DNA of 64,000 nt from Camelus ferus (GCF_009834535.1 NC_045697.1:95234001-95298000), one strand, 5' to 3'. Positions 13,801 through 28,013 are shown, numbered from the stretch's first letter. Numbers and translations are program-made. The notes: generated by a model from the letters alone, not told the origin.

Positions 13801-14196
13801 CAGAGAAAGATATTGATCTGAATGAATACTTGTGTTTGTTATAGGTATATAAAATATTTAAGGTATGATGAAAATTTACAAACAAAAGAACATTTTACTC
13901 TTTATTATAATCATAAAACTCTAATGATTTGTGAGTAGTTATAATTTTTAAATACAGTAGTGGCTCACAACATATGTACAAAGAAACTGAAATGAATCCA
14001 GAGAAAGATATTGATCTGAATGAATACTTGTGTTTGTTATAGGTATACAAAATATTTAAGGTATGATGAAAATTTACAAACAAAAGAACATTTTACTCTT
14101 TATTATAATCATAAAACTCTAATGATTTGTGAGTAGTTATAATTTTTAAATACAGTAGTGGCTCACAACATATGTACAAAGAAACTGAAATGAATC
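13801..14196. repeat. 198-bp tandem duplication (2 copies)
   Basis: 13801-13998 and 13999-14196 are identical except for one T/C difference (GGTATATAAAA vs GGTATACAAAA). Confidence 0.98.
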
Positions 14197-14600
14197 ATAG
14201 ACCTAAATGTAAAGCCTAATACCCTAACACTTCTAAAAAAAAAAGACATTAAACAAAAATTGCTTACATATGACAGTAGAAACAAAATCAATAAAATTTT
14301 TTTAAATGATAAATTAGACTTAAGAAACATTTAAAACATCCATTCTCCAAAATAAACTATTAAAGGAGTGAAGAGAAATGTCACAATCCAAACTTTTTAG
14401 AACGGCTAAAATTAAAACTTGCAACAATACCCAGTGTGGGTGAGGGTGTGAAGGACCTGGAACTCTCATACACTGTTGGTGGAAACGTATGTCCATCAAC
14501 CAAAATCACATGTCCACTTTGGAAATCAGGTTGTCTGTTTTGTATATGGCTAGACATTCAGTTATGGTCCAGGAATCCCACTCTTGGGTTTTTAGTCAAG
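14170..14600 (+). mobile_element. Old L1M ORF2 3' fragment
   Basis: GAATCATAGACCTAAATGTAAAGC...GGCTAAAATTAAAA...GGAACTCTCATACACTGTTGGTGG...AATCCCACTCTTGGG. Confidence 0.85.
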
Positions 14601-14604
14601 TTAA

Positions 14605-15220
14605 TCAAAAGCCTACCAGCTCCAACATCAAATTCGTACACATCTAATTGATTAAAATGTAGTCCAAGGAGGAAGGGTATAGCTTCAGTGGTAGATCACA
14701 TGCTTAGCATGAACAAGGTCCTGGATTCAATCCCCAGTACTTGCACTAAAAAAAAAAACAAATAAATAAACCTAATTACCTCTCCCTTGCACACACACAC
14801 AATTTTTTTTAATTTCTAAAAAAAGACAAAAAATGTAGTTCAAATAGACATATCTTTAGCCATTTAGACCTGAACTACTTTTCATACCTTCAAACTGCAT
14901 CCAACATTTGCTGACAACCATAGGCAAAACAAACCCTGTAGCTATAAGACTTCAGACTTCTGCTGCCTTGTGGTACTCTCTGAACCAGAGACTCCCTATC
15001 TTGCTGCTAAGATAAATCAGCCTCCTCTCTGGTTTCCCTTCTTCCCCAGAGTTCCCTTGCCTTACTCCTCTTCTGGGTGGAGGCCTTGTGCACCTTTATG
15101 GAAGGTATCTTTATAAGGAGAGACTTCTTCTCCCATGCAACCCTGTCCAAGAGTTGCCCAACAAATTCATATATTACTGCTTCTCATGGTTCTGTCTCTT
15201 TCTTGATTAAGCCAAAGTTC
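14605..15220 (+). mobile_element. ERV1-class LTR (MER90-like), interrupted by a SINE
   Basis: TTTAGCCATTTAGA...GCTATAAGAC...CAGAGACTCCC...GAGTTCCCTTGCC...CATGCAACCCTGTCCAAG resembles MER90-group LTRs; subfamily is tentative. Confidence 0.6.
14668..14829 (+). mobile_element. tRNA-Ala-derived SINE (camelid vic-1 type)
   Basis: GGGTATAGCTTCAGTGGTAGA...GGTCCTGGATTCAATCCCCAGTAC head with A/B boxes, AAACCTAATTACCTC body, A-rich tail; TSD AAAATGTAGTCCAA (14654-14667) / AAAATGTAGTTCAA (14830-14843). Confidence 0.93.
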
Positions 15221-15544
15221 TGGTTCTGGTAGGCTTTGGACTAACGGTCCTAGCCCACTTTGTAAAAGTAAATAGTGTGGGGGCCATTTGAGGCTAATAC
15301 ACAGGAGCAAATTTTAGCCCACTCATATAACAACAGTAATCTAGCACAGTGAGTGATCAGTAATAAGAAAAAAGCAACTCTGGTGAAAATTTAGCAATAT
15401 TGACCAAATGTTCAATTACTTCTTATTGCCTTTTTCCCCTCATTTTATTAATTTACTTTTCTTTTTCAATAACTCAAATGTAGTTTACAGATGGAAATAT
15501 ATTATTTTCTGTGTGATTTGATATTTACTAGTACTAGATATTTT

Positions 15545-15650
15545 GTCACCACTGTCAAGCATCTCTTCCAGTTAGAAGTGGCTATGGAACTAATTTCAAG
15601 CTAATGGAAAGTGAGGGAAATGATGTTTACTCTTTCTGGGCATTTAAAAA
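15545..15650 (+). mobile_element. MLT1 (ERVL-MaLR) LTR fragment
   Basis: CAGTTAGAAGTGGCTATGGAACTAATTTCAAGCTAATGGAAAGTGAGGGAAATGATG resembles the MLT1 core. Confidence 0.55.
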
Positions 15651-16149
15651 ATTCACATAAATTAGAAAAACTCTATTAAACTACTGACATTTTCATATTC
15701 CTTTTGTTATAGAAGGTAATTTTACCTTTTCTAAAACAACATTGGAGAATCAAAGATAATTTTATAATATTTTTGAGTATAATTCATATACAATTTTGAT
15801 GTATTCCATTTTAAACCCTATAATAATTTTTGAGTATCTATGCAGTGACTCTCCATCATGTGCCATAAACAGGATACAGAGTATTAAAAAAGACAGATTT
15901 GATTCCCAATAAAATTGGGATGTCCACTAGTTTTGAAAAATAGCAGAGGTTTTTATAGACTAATCCTGAGCATGGCTAGAGGACAGAATTAAATTACTCA
16001 AGCATGTGACTCAGAATCCCATGGCACTTGCTCTTGTTAGACTTGTTCATAAGCCCGAAATTTATAATAAGTTCACTCTGACAGATTTGTTGAAAAGTAA
16101 AAGTTGCAATCCTGTTTCTAAATGGACCTGTATAATATTCTGGCACCAC

Positions 16150-17640
16150 CCAAAACTAGATAGCTGCTGCCTTAAAACCCCACTTTCTAAATGTAAGACA
16201 TAGGTTTGATTGTCCATTTCTCATGAAAGGACAGATGGTCTAAATTATGGATCTACATTGACTCATGGACAATAACTAACAGGTGGCACAATTGAAAAGC
16301 TTTAGATTCAATAATCCTGGAAAATTCGTCCTAAGAAATCTAGAGAAGAATATGGATGGCCCCCTTAAGAGAGTATGAAAATATTTGCGTACTACATAAA
16401 TTGAAATCTTCTGATTTCAGTGCTGGGGGAGGCATTCAATAATTGGGCGTTCATCAAAGTGTCCATGGCAACAGACAAAACAACATGTCTTCCCTTCACT
16501 GTGATCTGACTGTGACAACTTTCCAACATCCAAAGGTCAATGCTGATCCTCTGCCATAATACCAATTCCTGAATATCTAGTCAGCAATGTAGTAACTGGC
16601 TAATTACATTGGATCTCTCCTATCATGTAGGGTCAGCAACTTTGTGCTTCCAGAGAAATAAAGTATTTGAGGTCTAGTTTGCCCTCAATGCCAGGAGGTG
16701 TTGATGTGATTGGACTTCGATGTCCTTTACCAGCCCCATGGTATCCCATGCAACATCAACTCTCTAGTGTGTGCTGCTGGTTCCACAGTACACATACCCA
16801 GCAGCTCTTGCAGTTGGCTGCTAACTCACAGCTCTTTCATTATTGGAGAATTGAACTCAGCACTCAGTGATATATTAACACAAAGTACAATGGGCCACTC
16901 TCTTGCCTCAAGATGGAACAAATTCTCTGTGGTTCTATTTTTACTCCAAACCCTTCCCATATGTTGAAACTAAAGCTCTATTTCAGCTGAGACATCTTTG
17001 CTTAGCTTGCCTCCCCTCTACCATGCCTACCCTTGATTCCTTTCTTGCATAATTTGCTATTGAAATAAATTTTACAAGAATCTTCATCTCAGATTCAGCT
17101 TCTAGGCATTCAAACAGGCCTATTTTATAAAAAAGGAATTGTGACAATTGATTCCTACAGAAAGAATTTACAATTTTTGCCATGAGTTCCATTATCAAGC
17201 AGCTGCTGGCTTGTCTGAATAAATGATAGGAGGGCCAGCTAAAAGGAGAGTTATGGCACCTGCTTAAAGGGCATACCTGCAAGGTTTTTTCCCTTTATTT
17301 TTCTACAGGATTTGGCACATTCCTGAAACCAGAGCCAGTATATGGTGTAAGTCTTCTTGTAGCCTGAATCCACAGGCATGGAAACAAAGAGTAGAAAATG
17401 GGGAGCGCCCCTTTCACTATTATATCTACAATCCATATGAAAAATTGTCGCCTCTCGTCTCTGATCCCTTGTACTGGGTCAGTTTAGAATTCCTGAGAAA
17501 GAAGTCCTTCAAAAAGAAAAGAGGTCATGGATATGGTCAATTAGAAAGAGAAAGTTTCCACTGGTCATTTTGACTTTCTTGTGAAACTAAACCAACAGGA
17601 AGATAAAGGGGATTATTCTTCTGATTGGTATACTTTATAA
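16150..17640 (+). mobile_element. ERVL internal (RNase H/integrase and downstream) remnant, split by an LTR
   Basis: GGATCTACATTGACTCATGG (RNase H I-Y-x-D-S-W like), TAATTACATTGGATCTCT (integrase D-Y-I-G-P-L like), TATGGTG...GAATCCACAGG...CCCCTTTCACTATTA; no open frame remains. Confidence 0.7.
16699..17116 (+). mobile_element. LTR16-like ERVL solo LTR
   Basis: GCTAACTCACAGC...GGAGAATTG...TTGCCTCAAGATGG...AATAAA...AAGAATCTTCATCTCAGATTCAGCTTCTAGG fits the LTR16 group. Confidence 0.7.
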
Positions 17641-19639
17641 ATCTAGTTTGGTTTACCTCCGATAAGATTTGAGAAAGAGGAAGGTAAAAGTTTCTTTGGT
17701 ATGACTATACACCTCTGCTGGTTTTGTGTAAGCATAGGGCTCTACAAATCTTCACACAGAAAAAGTTACTTTAAAACTATGTTGAAATTGCATATCTCAC
17801 TCTTTTCTGCTCAATAGAAACATAATATTATCAGAAATTTGTCCTGTAGATAAAAAGACTGATGTTATGAGACTTCACATATTTGTACAGTCCTTAAAAT
17901 TGCATATAATTTTTGCCTATAAATACAAGTGCATATAGTTTGTCTACATTAAATGAATGTAAACATATGTACGTACCTGTGGTTCCTTGAGCACTAGCAA
18001 GAAAGGTATTTTTTGATATTGGTGTTGACACAAAATTAAGTATTTTTTTTTAAATTTCCTCCTGTAAGTTAAATATCAGCATAATCATGAATGGAGATTC
18101 ATATATGCAGCTACCACTAACTGATTTTCTAATTCTTCTGTTCAGTTTTCTGCTGGTGTGGTGAATCAATGTATGATCAGTATGAAGAGGAATGTTAATT
18201 ATGTAGGAGCCATACCTACTGCATGAAGAAAGTGTAAGCATGAATATTAATCAACATATATAGTTGAAAGAGTGTTAGAGGTACATAGAAGGTCAGTTAG
18301 ACCCAATCCACCGTTACCATTACAATGAAACAATTATCAGACCTTGATCAAGTCACGTAACCTATCTAGAGTAACAAAATCAGATTTACTAAGCCTCATA
18401 AGTGGAATAGAAGTTAACGAGCTGTTGGGTAGTAAAATATGAGGACACTGGTTTTACTCCTATATCTGCTAGTAACTAGCAATATGTCATTCCACTTCTT
18501 TAAATGAGAAAGCAAAAGTAGGAAAGATATTTATTCAAATATTTTATGACTCAATTCTTTGATCTTGTAAACTTTTGATAGTCCCTATTAATCAGCAAAT
18601 TATATTGGTCTAATCTAATATACTAGATTTGTTTTTCATTTTGATGGTATTGAAATTTAGTTCTTCAGCCATGTTTGGAACAAATCTATGATATATTTAG
18701 TGTATGTATGTATTGATGATGCATTGACTCAATTGGTATATGTATGTTTCTCACATATAAAATTACCCATGAGTTTATTAAACAGTGATGCTTATATAAA
18801 CAGTAATGTCTGTTAAAACGTTTAGATACTCTTTTTTTTTTTTGATACAGTAGGTTCACATAAAACCAGATCTTGCACAAGGAATTAGCATCGTCTCACC
18901 ATAATGAAACAATATATAATCATGTGTTTTTGCTTCATTTTCAGGTGAAATAACTTCTGTAGATTTCTAATGTAACTGTCAATTGATATTTTCCTATAGT
19001 TAGTTAATTTTAACTGGTGACACATTTGATTATTTTAAAACACTCTTACAAATACATAAAAAAGGGAGAAATATATCATAACATTTTCATTTCCTTCATA
19101 TCCTCTCTTCTCACTTTACTGGCCTCTCATTTCTACAGAAATTACAAGTAACTAAATTCTTCTGATCACTTTTCAAAGACTCAGTGTGTCCCTAACTAAG
19201 GCAGCATCTCAGCAGTTGTTTGAAAAGAGGACTTGATGTTAAAGAAATTTCAGAGAGGTGTAAATTAGCTTTACTTTTCACTAAGCAACTGACAGATGGC
19301 AATATTTAGAAGATAAAATAGCAAAGGGATTAGTGTTTTGACTGTACCTCAGACTTTCTCTATGTCGTATTTCCAGAATCCAATATTGATGCCCTCTAAT
19401 CCTGAGAGTGATCTGGAAGAAACAAACCTAAATAATGATTATTTCTTCTCTATGACCTGGGATTCCCTCAGAATCTCTGAAAATCTCAGGTCGTCCTGAG
19501 TTACAAGGACTCAGCTCCAGAATATATTTAACTAGGAGTCAGGGTGGGTCAAAGGGGAAGTTACCAGATTGGTCTTGTTTGACTTTCTTGATTAAAATAA
19601 ATAAATAAATTGAGAGCATTTAAACCAGGCAGGAATTCT

Positions 19640-19745
19640 CTAGTTTGCCATAGTCCTCTGGACTCCTTATTGTTTCATGTCTGACACTCCTGATAACAGT
19701 GCCCAGTGCATGGAAGTTGCTCAAGAGTATTTGTTGAAGAAATGA
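19640..19745 (+). mobile_element. L2 3' tail
   Basis: AACAGTGCCCAGTGCATGGAAGTTGCTCAAGAGTATTTGTTGAAGAAATGA. Confidence 0.7.
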
Positions 19746-22700
19746 TCGATACTTCTTTCCCTGATGACATTTGTGTTTGTAATCAATAAATTTTATTTTT
19801 CCAAAATTGGATAATGCTCTAACTATGCCAGGCATTTAACAAAGACGTTCAGAAATTCAGTACGTAATTTCAAATGAATGAAGAAGGAGCAAAATCACAC
19901 ATTTTGCAACTAGACTTCGGAAAAAGACTATATATGATTTCTTGTTTATACTCCTACTTCTGAAACTGATCAAGGTTCTTCTAAATTAATTTTACTCTTT
20001 CATAATCTTTTTCCATACTTACCAAACTCTAATTCCTGTTATTTTTAAATATTAATACAACTTAAGTATTCAGATTGATATTAATATTTTACATTGTTCA
20101 CATCATAATCACTCCTTATTTAATGTGTCTTCACAGAAATGGTGTTCTCCCTCCCATAACCAATTTATATCTAGTTTACCTCCAAGAAGCTTCTGATTAT
20201 TCTAGCCTAGTGACAATAGATTAGCAGTTGAAAACTGTAACTCACAATGCATTAAGTGAATATATTTTGTATTGTCATATGTTTTGCCCTCTTTCATGTG
20301 TCTTATTTCTTTGCTAATTGTTCTCTAAATGGAGATTAGGCTGGAAAATTAGACTGGAAAGCTAGCTGAGGCCACTCACAAAGTGCTTTTTAGGGAGTTT
20401 GCATTTTATTATACAGGCAGGAGTAATCATACAATGTTATAAATGCTGAATTTGGGGGATAAGACATGGACATCATGATGATGCTGGAAGATAAAATGTA
20501 AATTCTTTATGTTCAGGGATTCTGTAGTAACTATGTAGGTGCGTCAGCCTTCATTTCCGCTTAGAACATTCAAAAGACACTAAACAGAAATGGAGAGGCC
20601 GATTGATGGTTGGAGGTGGTGTTTTCATTATGAAGGTGATTATGAAATCAATTTCCTTCATATAACAAGCTGTATATTTTTGCAAAGCATTGAATTAAAG
20701 AGATAAAGGTATGAATGACTTAAGAATGACAATGTGAAAAAGTTTTATTATTTATAAAAAATATGTCACTTCAATTTAAATATATTTTGAAAGAACTTAG
20801 TGTTTTATTAATCAACATAGACACCATATTAAGGTAAAAACAAATTACAATATTAATATGCTTTTAGGATTCCATATGACATTTCAACTGGACTGTTTCT
20901 TTGTTTTGCTAATTTTTAATGAGGTCATATTTTACATCCTTAAATTTTTAGTTTAATTTGAAATTATTTTTAGATCATTTTAAAAAATGAACTGTATATT
21001 TAAAAACCATTTTAAACTTTAGGTCAACTGAGACACATGCCTTATGCAGAAAGAAGCAAATATTTTCAACTCTATTTCCCTCTCATGTTTTATTATATTA
21101 CAGTTTATTATTACATTAATATTTCATTCATACTAAAAATTAACTGTAATGGAAATTAGCTTAGTATTTATTATTTCCTGGTAGTAAAGAGATGCATCAG
21201 AACATTTACTGAACTTTACTGATCATTAGATTACTATTTCATTATATTCTCTAAATTATCCAAATAGTCCAGACTTCATTTCAGTTACTGGAAGAAAATG
21301 ACAACAAAACTGAAAATGTATTCTTAGAAATGTGACTCACGTCTAGTACTTTTGCAGGAATGCTTAAAAGTTAACAGTACAAAATTAAAATTGTTTGATA
21401 TGACTAAGATCTTTGCTAAGTCCCAACCCAAGATTTTTGTAGATTCTAAATCAATTTATGTATATTCATAGTGCAGTCTCAGAAAATACCAAATCCATAT
21501 AATGATTCAGGCTTTAGATTATTCTAAAGGGACTTTTGATTGGCTCAAAAATGAAAACAAATTATCAGTTAGGATTTCAGTAGGAATATTTCAGATCTCT
21601 TCAAAACTATGTGAAACAGAGCTTTTGAGCATTGATAAGCATCATTTTGAATACCTCCTAAGATAAACCACTGAATTTTCAGCGTGCCTTGCTTGTCACA
21701 AAGTTATTTTTATATTAAACTTTATGTAAATTAATTGACACACTATTTTCTTATTAAATATAGGTTGGCCCAGTGGGACAGAGGAAGGGAGAGAGTTAAA
21801 TTCTATGTGAACTTTGTATATTTGTTTTTGCAACATGTTTAGGTGGTGTGAATGAAAAGAATGATTAAAAATGCTCTTTCTTTGGTTCAGTGTTTGTACC
21901 CCAACAGGTCTATCAGTTTGAGAACCTAAAAATGAGGATAAAATAATGTGTATTAAGATGCGTTCTCAAATTGATATTTCCCTCTTTCTTTCTTTTTTTA
22001 ATATTTCTTCTGTTTTGAATTTTTTTTTCTTATTTGAAATTCTAAATACAACCTGACATTTTTTAGAAGCAAAAATAAAAATACCCAAATATTACTACCC
22101 TACCAAGACATGAAAAATAGTGAGAATACAATTTTTATAATCTGCTTTTGGTACTTTTTACATACTCAGTATGGAGTCATTAAAGTTGTTCCATGTGGTC
22201 AACATAGTGCTATAGAAAGTCTGAGCAAAGTAAGATATTCAGGATATCTGTTAGCTTAGAAATAGGAAGAATATTTAGAATATTCCTGTTGTTGATCAGG
22301 CATGCAATGATGAGGGCCTGAACCAAAGTGGTGACAATGAGAATGAAGAATTATATATAATTCATGATGTAGTTGAATGAAGAATTCAAGAGAGAGTGTG
22401 TGTATATATATAGAATGCCTTATTAACTCTAGCTGGTGACCTAAAATATAGAATTATTTATTTTATAGAGGATGTCAGTTCAGAACTGGGAGAATGAGAA
22501 AATGGATATATTCTTCAAATTTAGAGAGGTCATGAGAGACATGACTTTTGCAGGATGCAATTCACTCAACAATTAATATTTAGTAAATGCCTGAAAATAA
22601 CTGTTGTGGTGCTTTGACAGAATGGAATATGCATTGGACCTGGGATGACAAAAGATTAAAGTTCTAGAATCACCAATCACTTCATTTTACTTTTCGGTGC

Positions 22701-23829
22701 TAGGTTTAGGAATCTTTACCCTTTCTTCCAAATTATGCATGAGAAACACTCCCATATGAGGCAATAATTTAACCTTGGTCCCTAAACCTTTAGTCCTGCT
22801 CTGAGAACGCTGTTGTAAGTCAACAGACCATGTCCTAATTCAGGTCCAGGGCCTGGAGACCTGCTTTTCTGTTAGAATTTACCAAATTCCAGCCCACCCA
22901 AAATATGGGGCATCTGATGAATTTTGATTAATTTTCTAAATTACAAGACCAAATAGGATGATGGAATCTCAGATTCCTTTGCTTTTTGTACTTTCTCTAC
23001 TTCTAATAATACAAATACTGGTTAAATAACTGACCCTGTGTTATCTTTCCACTGAATAGTTTAACAATATATATTTGCTATTTTTATAGTTGAGAAAGGG
23101 AAACTTCTTTGATGTTTGAAACTTTCATCACTTTATTTCTGTTAAATATTTTGAAACATGCTTCAGAGTCACAGCACCTATAGTTAGCTTTTACACCAGG
23201 ATAAGCTTTCCTAGCAGCTGCCTTACAAATTAAAAAACAAAAACAAAAAACAAAAAAAACCTTAGATCAGATCCCAAATTGTTACTTTGTTTCCTAAGTG
23301 TATTATATTACTATAATAATAAAATTTCACATTTCTGTCATAATTAATGATATGACAGAGCTTAGGAAAGTAACTTGAATTTGCTGAATCTCAGTTCTCT
23401 CTCTTACTTTACAAAATAATATTGAGTTTTAACTGAAGTAATGTATATAAACACAATTTACAAAGTGTGATTCACTATTAAAATGTGAGAAGAAATTTTA
23501 CAAACAGTAATAACAATCTTTCACAATTTGTACCTGACTAATAGTTCTCAAAAAGCAAAGTAAATGAACATGAAATGTCCACTCTCTGATCACAAAGATT
23601 ATGTCCAATCAAGTTATGTCTAACATAGTATTTTTTACAAAGCACTCAATTCTATACTTTGTTATAAAACATAATGTTATTTTTCTTTTATTCTCCATAA
23701 AAATCCTTCATCTTAAGGGTTGAGTTCCTCAATTGGCTCCAATAGATTTTTTTCTGTAACAGCTCTGACAATTGTTCAATATACTACTGCTTTTTCCTTA
23801 AGGAATTATTGTTAATATAATTATTATAG

Positions 23830-24995
23830 TATATCTAGTAAGAACTAAGAGATAGATTTTGTTGTCATGGGGTTTATATTTCACTTGGGGAGGTAGAAAA
23901 GCAAATAGCCATTTATACTACAAATCAGATTGATTTACATGTTTTAATACTGCCAAACACTAAGAGTAATGAGAACAAAGAGAGATTATTGAATTTCAGG
24001 AAGGAAAATGGACCGTTTCTCCTAGAGGAGGTGAAAACAGTTTTTAAGGATAAGAAGGACAGAAATACTAAAAGTGGATGTGGGGTGAAAGGTTATTTGA
24101 CATGAAGGGTTAAGAATACACTTTTTCAGCAAAAATATATTGATTGTCTACCTATAACAGGTACTCAGTTATAAACTGGTAATCAAAACATAAATAATAA
24201 ATGGTCCTGACCCAAAAGGAGACAGAAAAATAGGACAGTAATTACAGTTCAGTGAACTAAGTGCTTTGATGAAGTATGTTACTAGAGACACAAAAAATAT
24301 ATCTACGTGACATCAGGGGGAGCATGGTGATTAAGTAAGAATTGAGCTGCATTTTTTGAAATATAAGTTAGTTTATAGCTAGTTCAAAAAAGAGTGAAAG
24401 GTTCAAAGTAAAAGCAAGTATGAAAGATTGATGGGTTATGTGAAAAACAATGATTCTGTATCACTGGAGCAATAGGAGATATGAAAGGGTGGTGGATTTT
24501 GAATTTGGTCCAGGTAAGTCTGCATTTTGTTCACTAGGCCATCGTGTTTGAAGACTGTAAATCCATGAGAAACCAGGGGATGATTTTAGTTTGGAAATTA
24601 CATTTTCAAGTTTGCATTTATGTCTTTTTCAGCCAATATTTATGGAATATTTACTCAGTCTTAATCACTGGTCTAGCACTGTGGTGTACAAAAGAGGCAA
24701 AGTTGTTACTGTCAGGAACTGTATATTCTAGAATTCTGACACTGGTGCTACAGGAAGAAAAGGAAGACCAGTGCTGGAAACTGAGCAGTTAGAAAATCTC
24801 TACAGTAATATATTACAGAATTACAAAGTTTTTAACTAAGATGTTTCCTCATTGTGAGAAAGAGGAGTAGATTTGAGACTCATAATGGAAATATTAATTA
24901 TATCTCTTAAGTGAATTGTTTGGTGAGGGAGGAGAGGTAGGTGAGTACAGAAAAGTAATCTGGGAAATATCCCAGTTCTCTGGGTGTGCAAGTGA
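23830..24995 (-). mobile_element. Cluster of degenerate L2 fragments
   Basis: Purine-rich tract with L2 antisense motifs (CAGCAAAAATATATTGATTGTCTAC, CAAATATTTATGGAATATTTAC, CCTAGAGGAGGTGA). Confidence 0.55.
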
Positions 24996-25005
24996 TGAAA
25001 ATTAT

Positions 25006-25422
25006 TGTACTGATTAATTTTATGTGTCAGCTTGGCTGGACCATGAAATGTTCAGATATCTGCCTAAATATTATTTCTCTATGTGTCTGTGGGGATCTTT
25101 CTAGACAAGATTAACATTTGAATCAGTAGACTGAGTGTAACAAATTGCCTGCTCCAATACAAGTGGGCATATCATACAATCTGTTGAGGGAATGAATAGA
25201 ACAAAAGGCAGAATCACTCTCTCTGCCTGATTGCTTGAGCTGGGACATCAGTCTTCTGCCCTTAGACTGGAACTTACACCACTGGACTCTGGTTCTCAGG
25301 CCTTTGGACTTGGACTGAAATTTCCACCATAAATTCTTCTGGTTCTCAGACTTGGTACTTGGAGTGGAACCACACCACTGACTTTTCTGTGTCTCCAGTT
25401 TGTAGATGGCAGATCAAAGGAC
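25006..25422 (+). mobile_element. MLT2 (ERVL) LTR, 3'-truncated
   Basis: TG...TTAATTTTATGTGTCAGCTTGGCTGG...GATTAACATTTGAATCAGTAGACTGAG...GGTTCTCAGGCCTTTGGACTTGGACTG. Confidence 0.9.
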
Positions 25423-25423
25423 A

Positions 25424-25690
25424 AACAGACATCATGTACCTTGAAGGATGTAAAATATATCTAGTCATGTTCCTACCAAACTGTATGACCTGTAATCGTT
25501 AGGAGACACTAGACAAACTAAAATGAAGGGCATTTTCCAAAGTATGAGCCATATGCTCTTCAAAACTGTCGGGGTCAAAAGATGAAAGTCTGAGGAACTG
25601 AACACATACTCTTGGGTTAGATATTATTCTTTTGCAGTTTCTGTAATGCTGAAATTATATCAAACTAAAATAAATTAAAACAAACAAAAA
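25424..25690 (+). mobile_element. L1MC-like 3' end
   Basis: CAGACATCATGTACC...CTCTTCAAAACTGTC...CTGAGGAACTG...TGAAATTATATCAAACTAAAA. Confidence 0.65.
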
Positions 25691-28013
25691 ATAATAGGTA
25701 GGAAAAGAAACACATAAAGAAAACCTCCAAGAAAGAATAGATGGATATTTGATTGGAAAAGGAGGGGATGAAGAGAGATCTGCCTGGATCGCCTTCCTGC
25801 AACATGATAAAATTAGGAATTCAGAGCCTAAAACTTTTGTCCTTGATACAGTTAGTGAATATCTAAATACATAATATATGAAAAAAAAAAGTGCTAGCAA
25901 GAGCAATGACATATGGTACTTTGTGTGCTGAAAAGCTAATCTTGGGAATTGAGCCAGTTTCTACATAAGTAAATTGGGCATTTTTTTTTCCTTGTCTGTA
26001 ATCTATTTTTAAAGATTTTGGCATTTCAGCATAATGATGTAGACAGTATGTTAGTAAGTATATACTAGTTACTTTAAGGTTCAAATCTAGGGGCAATCAA
26101 TTGCTTTAATCAGAAAAACTTCCAAAGGGCTGATTAGCTGTTATTATATCAGAAAGGTGGTAATCCAAAGATAGTACTAAACTGTTTCCATTTTCATTAA
26201 CTAGTTAAATAGTTGAATGTTTGCTCATCAACAATTTTGAAATAAAAATGGGTTTTTATTAGTGAAAGCATTGGTTTGTCAAATAACATGATGAATAGTA
26301 GAAATGGGTTCTCAATTTTAAATTCAGTACATTTGGGAAAACTAAAACTGTTATTACTCACTAATGGTATTAAGAGTCTAGGCAAGCCAGAAACTTGATC
26401 ACTGAACAGACTTGTATCCAGAAATTGATTTTGAAAAATTACTGCTTCCCTGATGATAATCTTAAGGATAACAGAATCTTGCCTCTAGAATATTCTCCTC
26501 TGCTTTGTATGGACTTTCCATTTGAAGTTGTGGTTCAGAGTACCTAAAAAGAGAGAGAACTGGGGTTTTGTCAAACTCCTAGAACACATTTTATGAGATA
26601 TTTTCTGTTTACAATCTAATGAATGTTTGTTGTCTTTTATCTGTAGGACAATGTTCTGAGATTTGCTTTTATTTTAACATGGTAGTAACTTTGTGGGGTA
26701 GTTAACTCTCATTTATATCAAACAGCTTTGGAAACTACCAAAAAGAAAGCAGGGGATGTGCATTACTAAATGGGCTTTGGTCAGTTAGCAACATACATAT
26801 TGAGAAACAAAACCAAAATTCATTGCTTATCTGGTACATAAGAGAGCTTAGAGAATATCCGAGAATAGTATTTGATTCTATGGTATGGTGGACAGAAAGA
26901 AAACAAGAGATATGTTGAAAAATAAGTCCTAAGCTAAATTTAAAAACAAGCAAATCACAATCCCTTCAGTCCATTTTTAAATTTCAACTGATTTAAGCAA
27001 TTAGTTTCAGACAATTTAAAAGGCAGTGTAGATGGGAGAGGAGGCTGAAAAAGAAACACATAGATCAGCTCCTTTGTAAGATGTAGCCAAGTGTTCAATA
27101 GAGCAAGTCAGAAAGAAAAAGCATGTGGAAATCACTGCTAAGGATAGTCTTGGTCAGATCAGCAGAAGTAAATGTTAGATCACTGCAGGGAGCAGGAACA
27201 CACAAGGCTTTAGGGCTCACTCTACTTATTTTCTTCTATACCAGAGCAGAGAATTATCCTCAAGGAGAGTATTCATAAGAAAGACTTCAGAGAAAATGGG
27301 CCAAAGTTCATGTGGCCTATTGACCCAAGTCTTTAGCCTCACTCGAACCATCTTTCAACAAACAACCAAGCCAAAAAAAGTAACCCTGCATTTCAGAGGT
27401 GAAAAAAATAATTTACAAAGGAACCAGCATGGAATTTGTGAAAAGATATTGAAAGAAAAGGAGAAAAGAAACATTAAAAGAGAAAGGAGGTAGGGGGGTA
27501 AAAGATACACACCCCAAAAATTACGTATCAGAAAAGCTATCTCACAAATTTGTGGATGAATGTCATAGGAAATCAATGAAATTAAAATATGATTGGTCTG
27601 AAACATAAATTTAAAAAAGAAATACAAAAGTAAATACAAAAATGTTAGGAGAAGAGTTCAGAAAATAAGGAAAGAGAAAATAAAATAATTATAAAAATGA
27701 TGTTCACTTAGCAGAAGCAAGAAAGTAAAAAGGCAGAGCTTTAAACAGTCAACATGGAAGATGGGTCTGAAAACACAGAGGAATTAAATGGAAATCAGCA
27801 GTCACAAATGACTTGAGAAAATAAATATGTATGACAGAAATCTCAAAGCTAACACAATCATGATTAACATCCTTCAAGAAGAAAGAGAAGAGTTGAAACA
27901 GAACATTTGGAAGCAGAAGAATGAAATTAACAATTTCCTGATATGGGAAAACACCCAGCCTGCTCTCCATGTCCCAAAAGCCAAGAAGGTCAAAGTAACT
28001 ATAAAGAGGGTAC

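Noticed and set aside
13801..14196. CRISPR-like or regulatory repeat array
   Set aside because: Only two contiguous copies with no spacers, in eukaryotic DNA.
25261..25385. Internal direct repeats (GGTTCTCAG...GGACTTGGA)
   Set aside because: Normal internal repeat structure of MLT2 LTRs.
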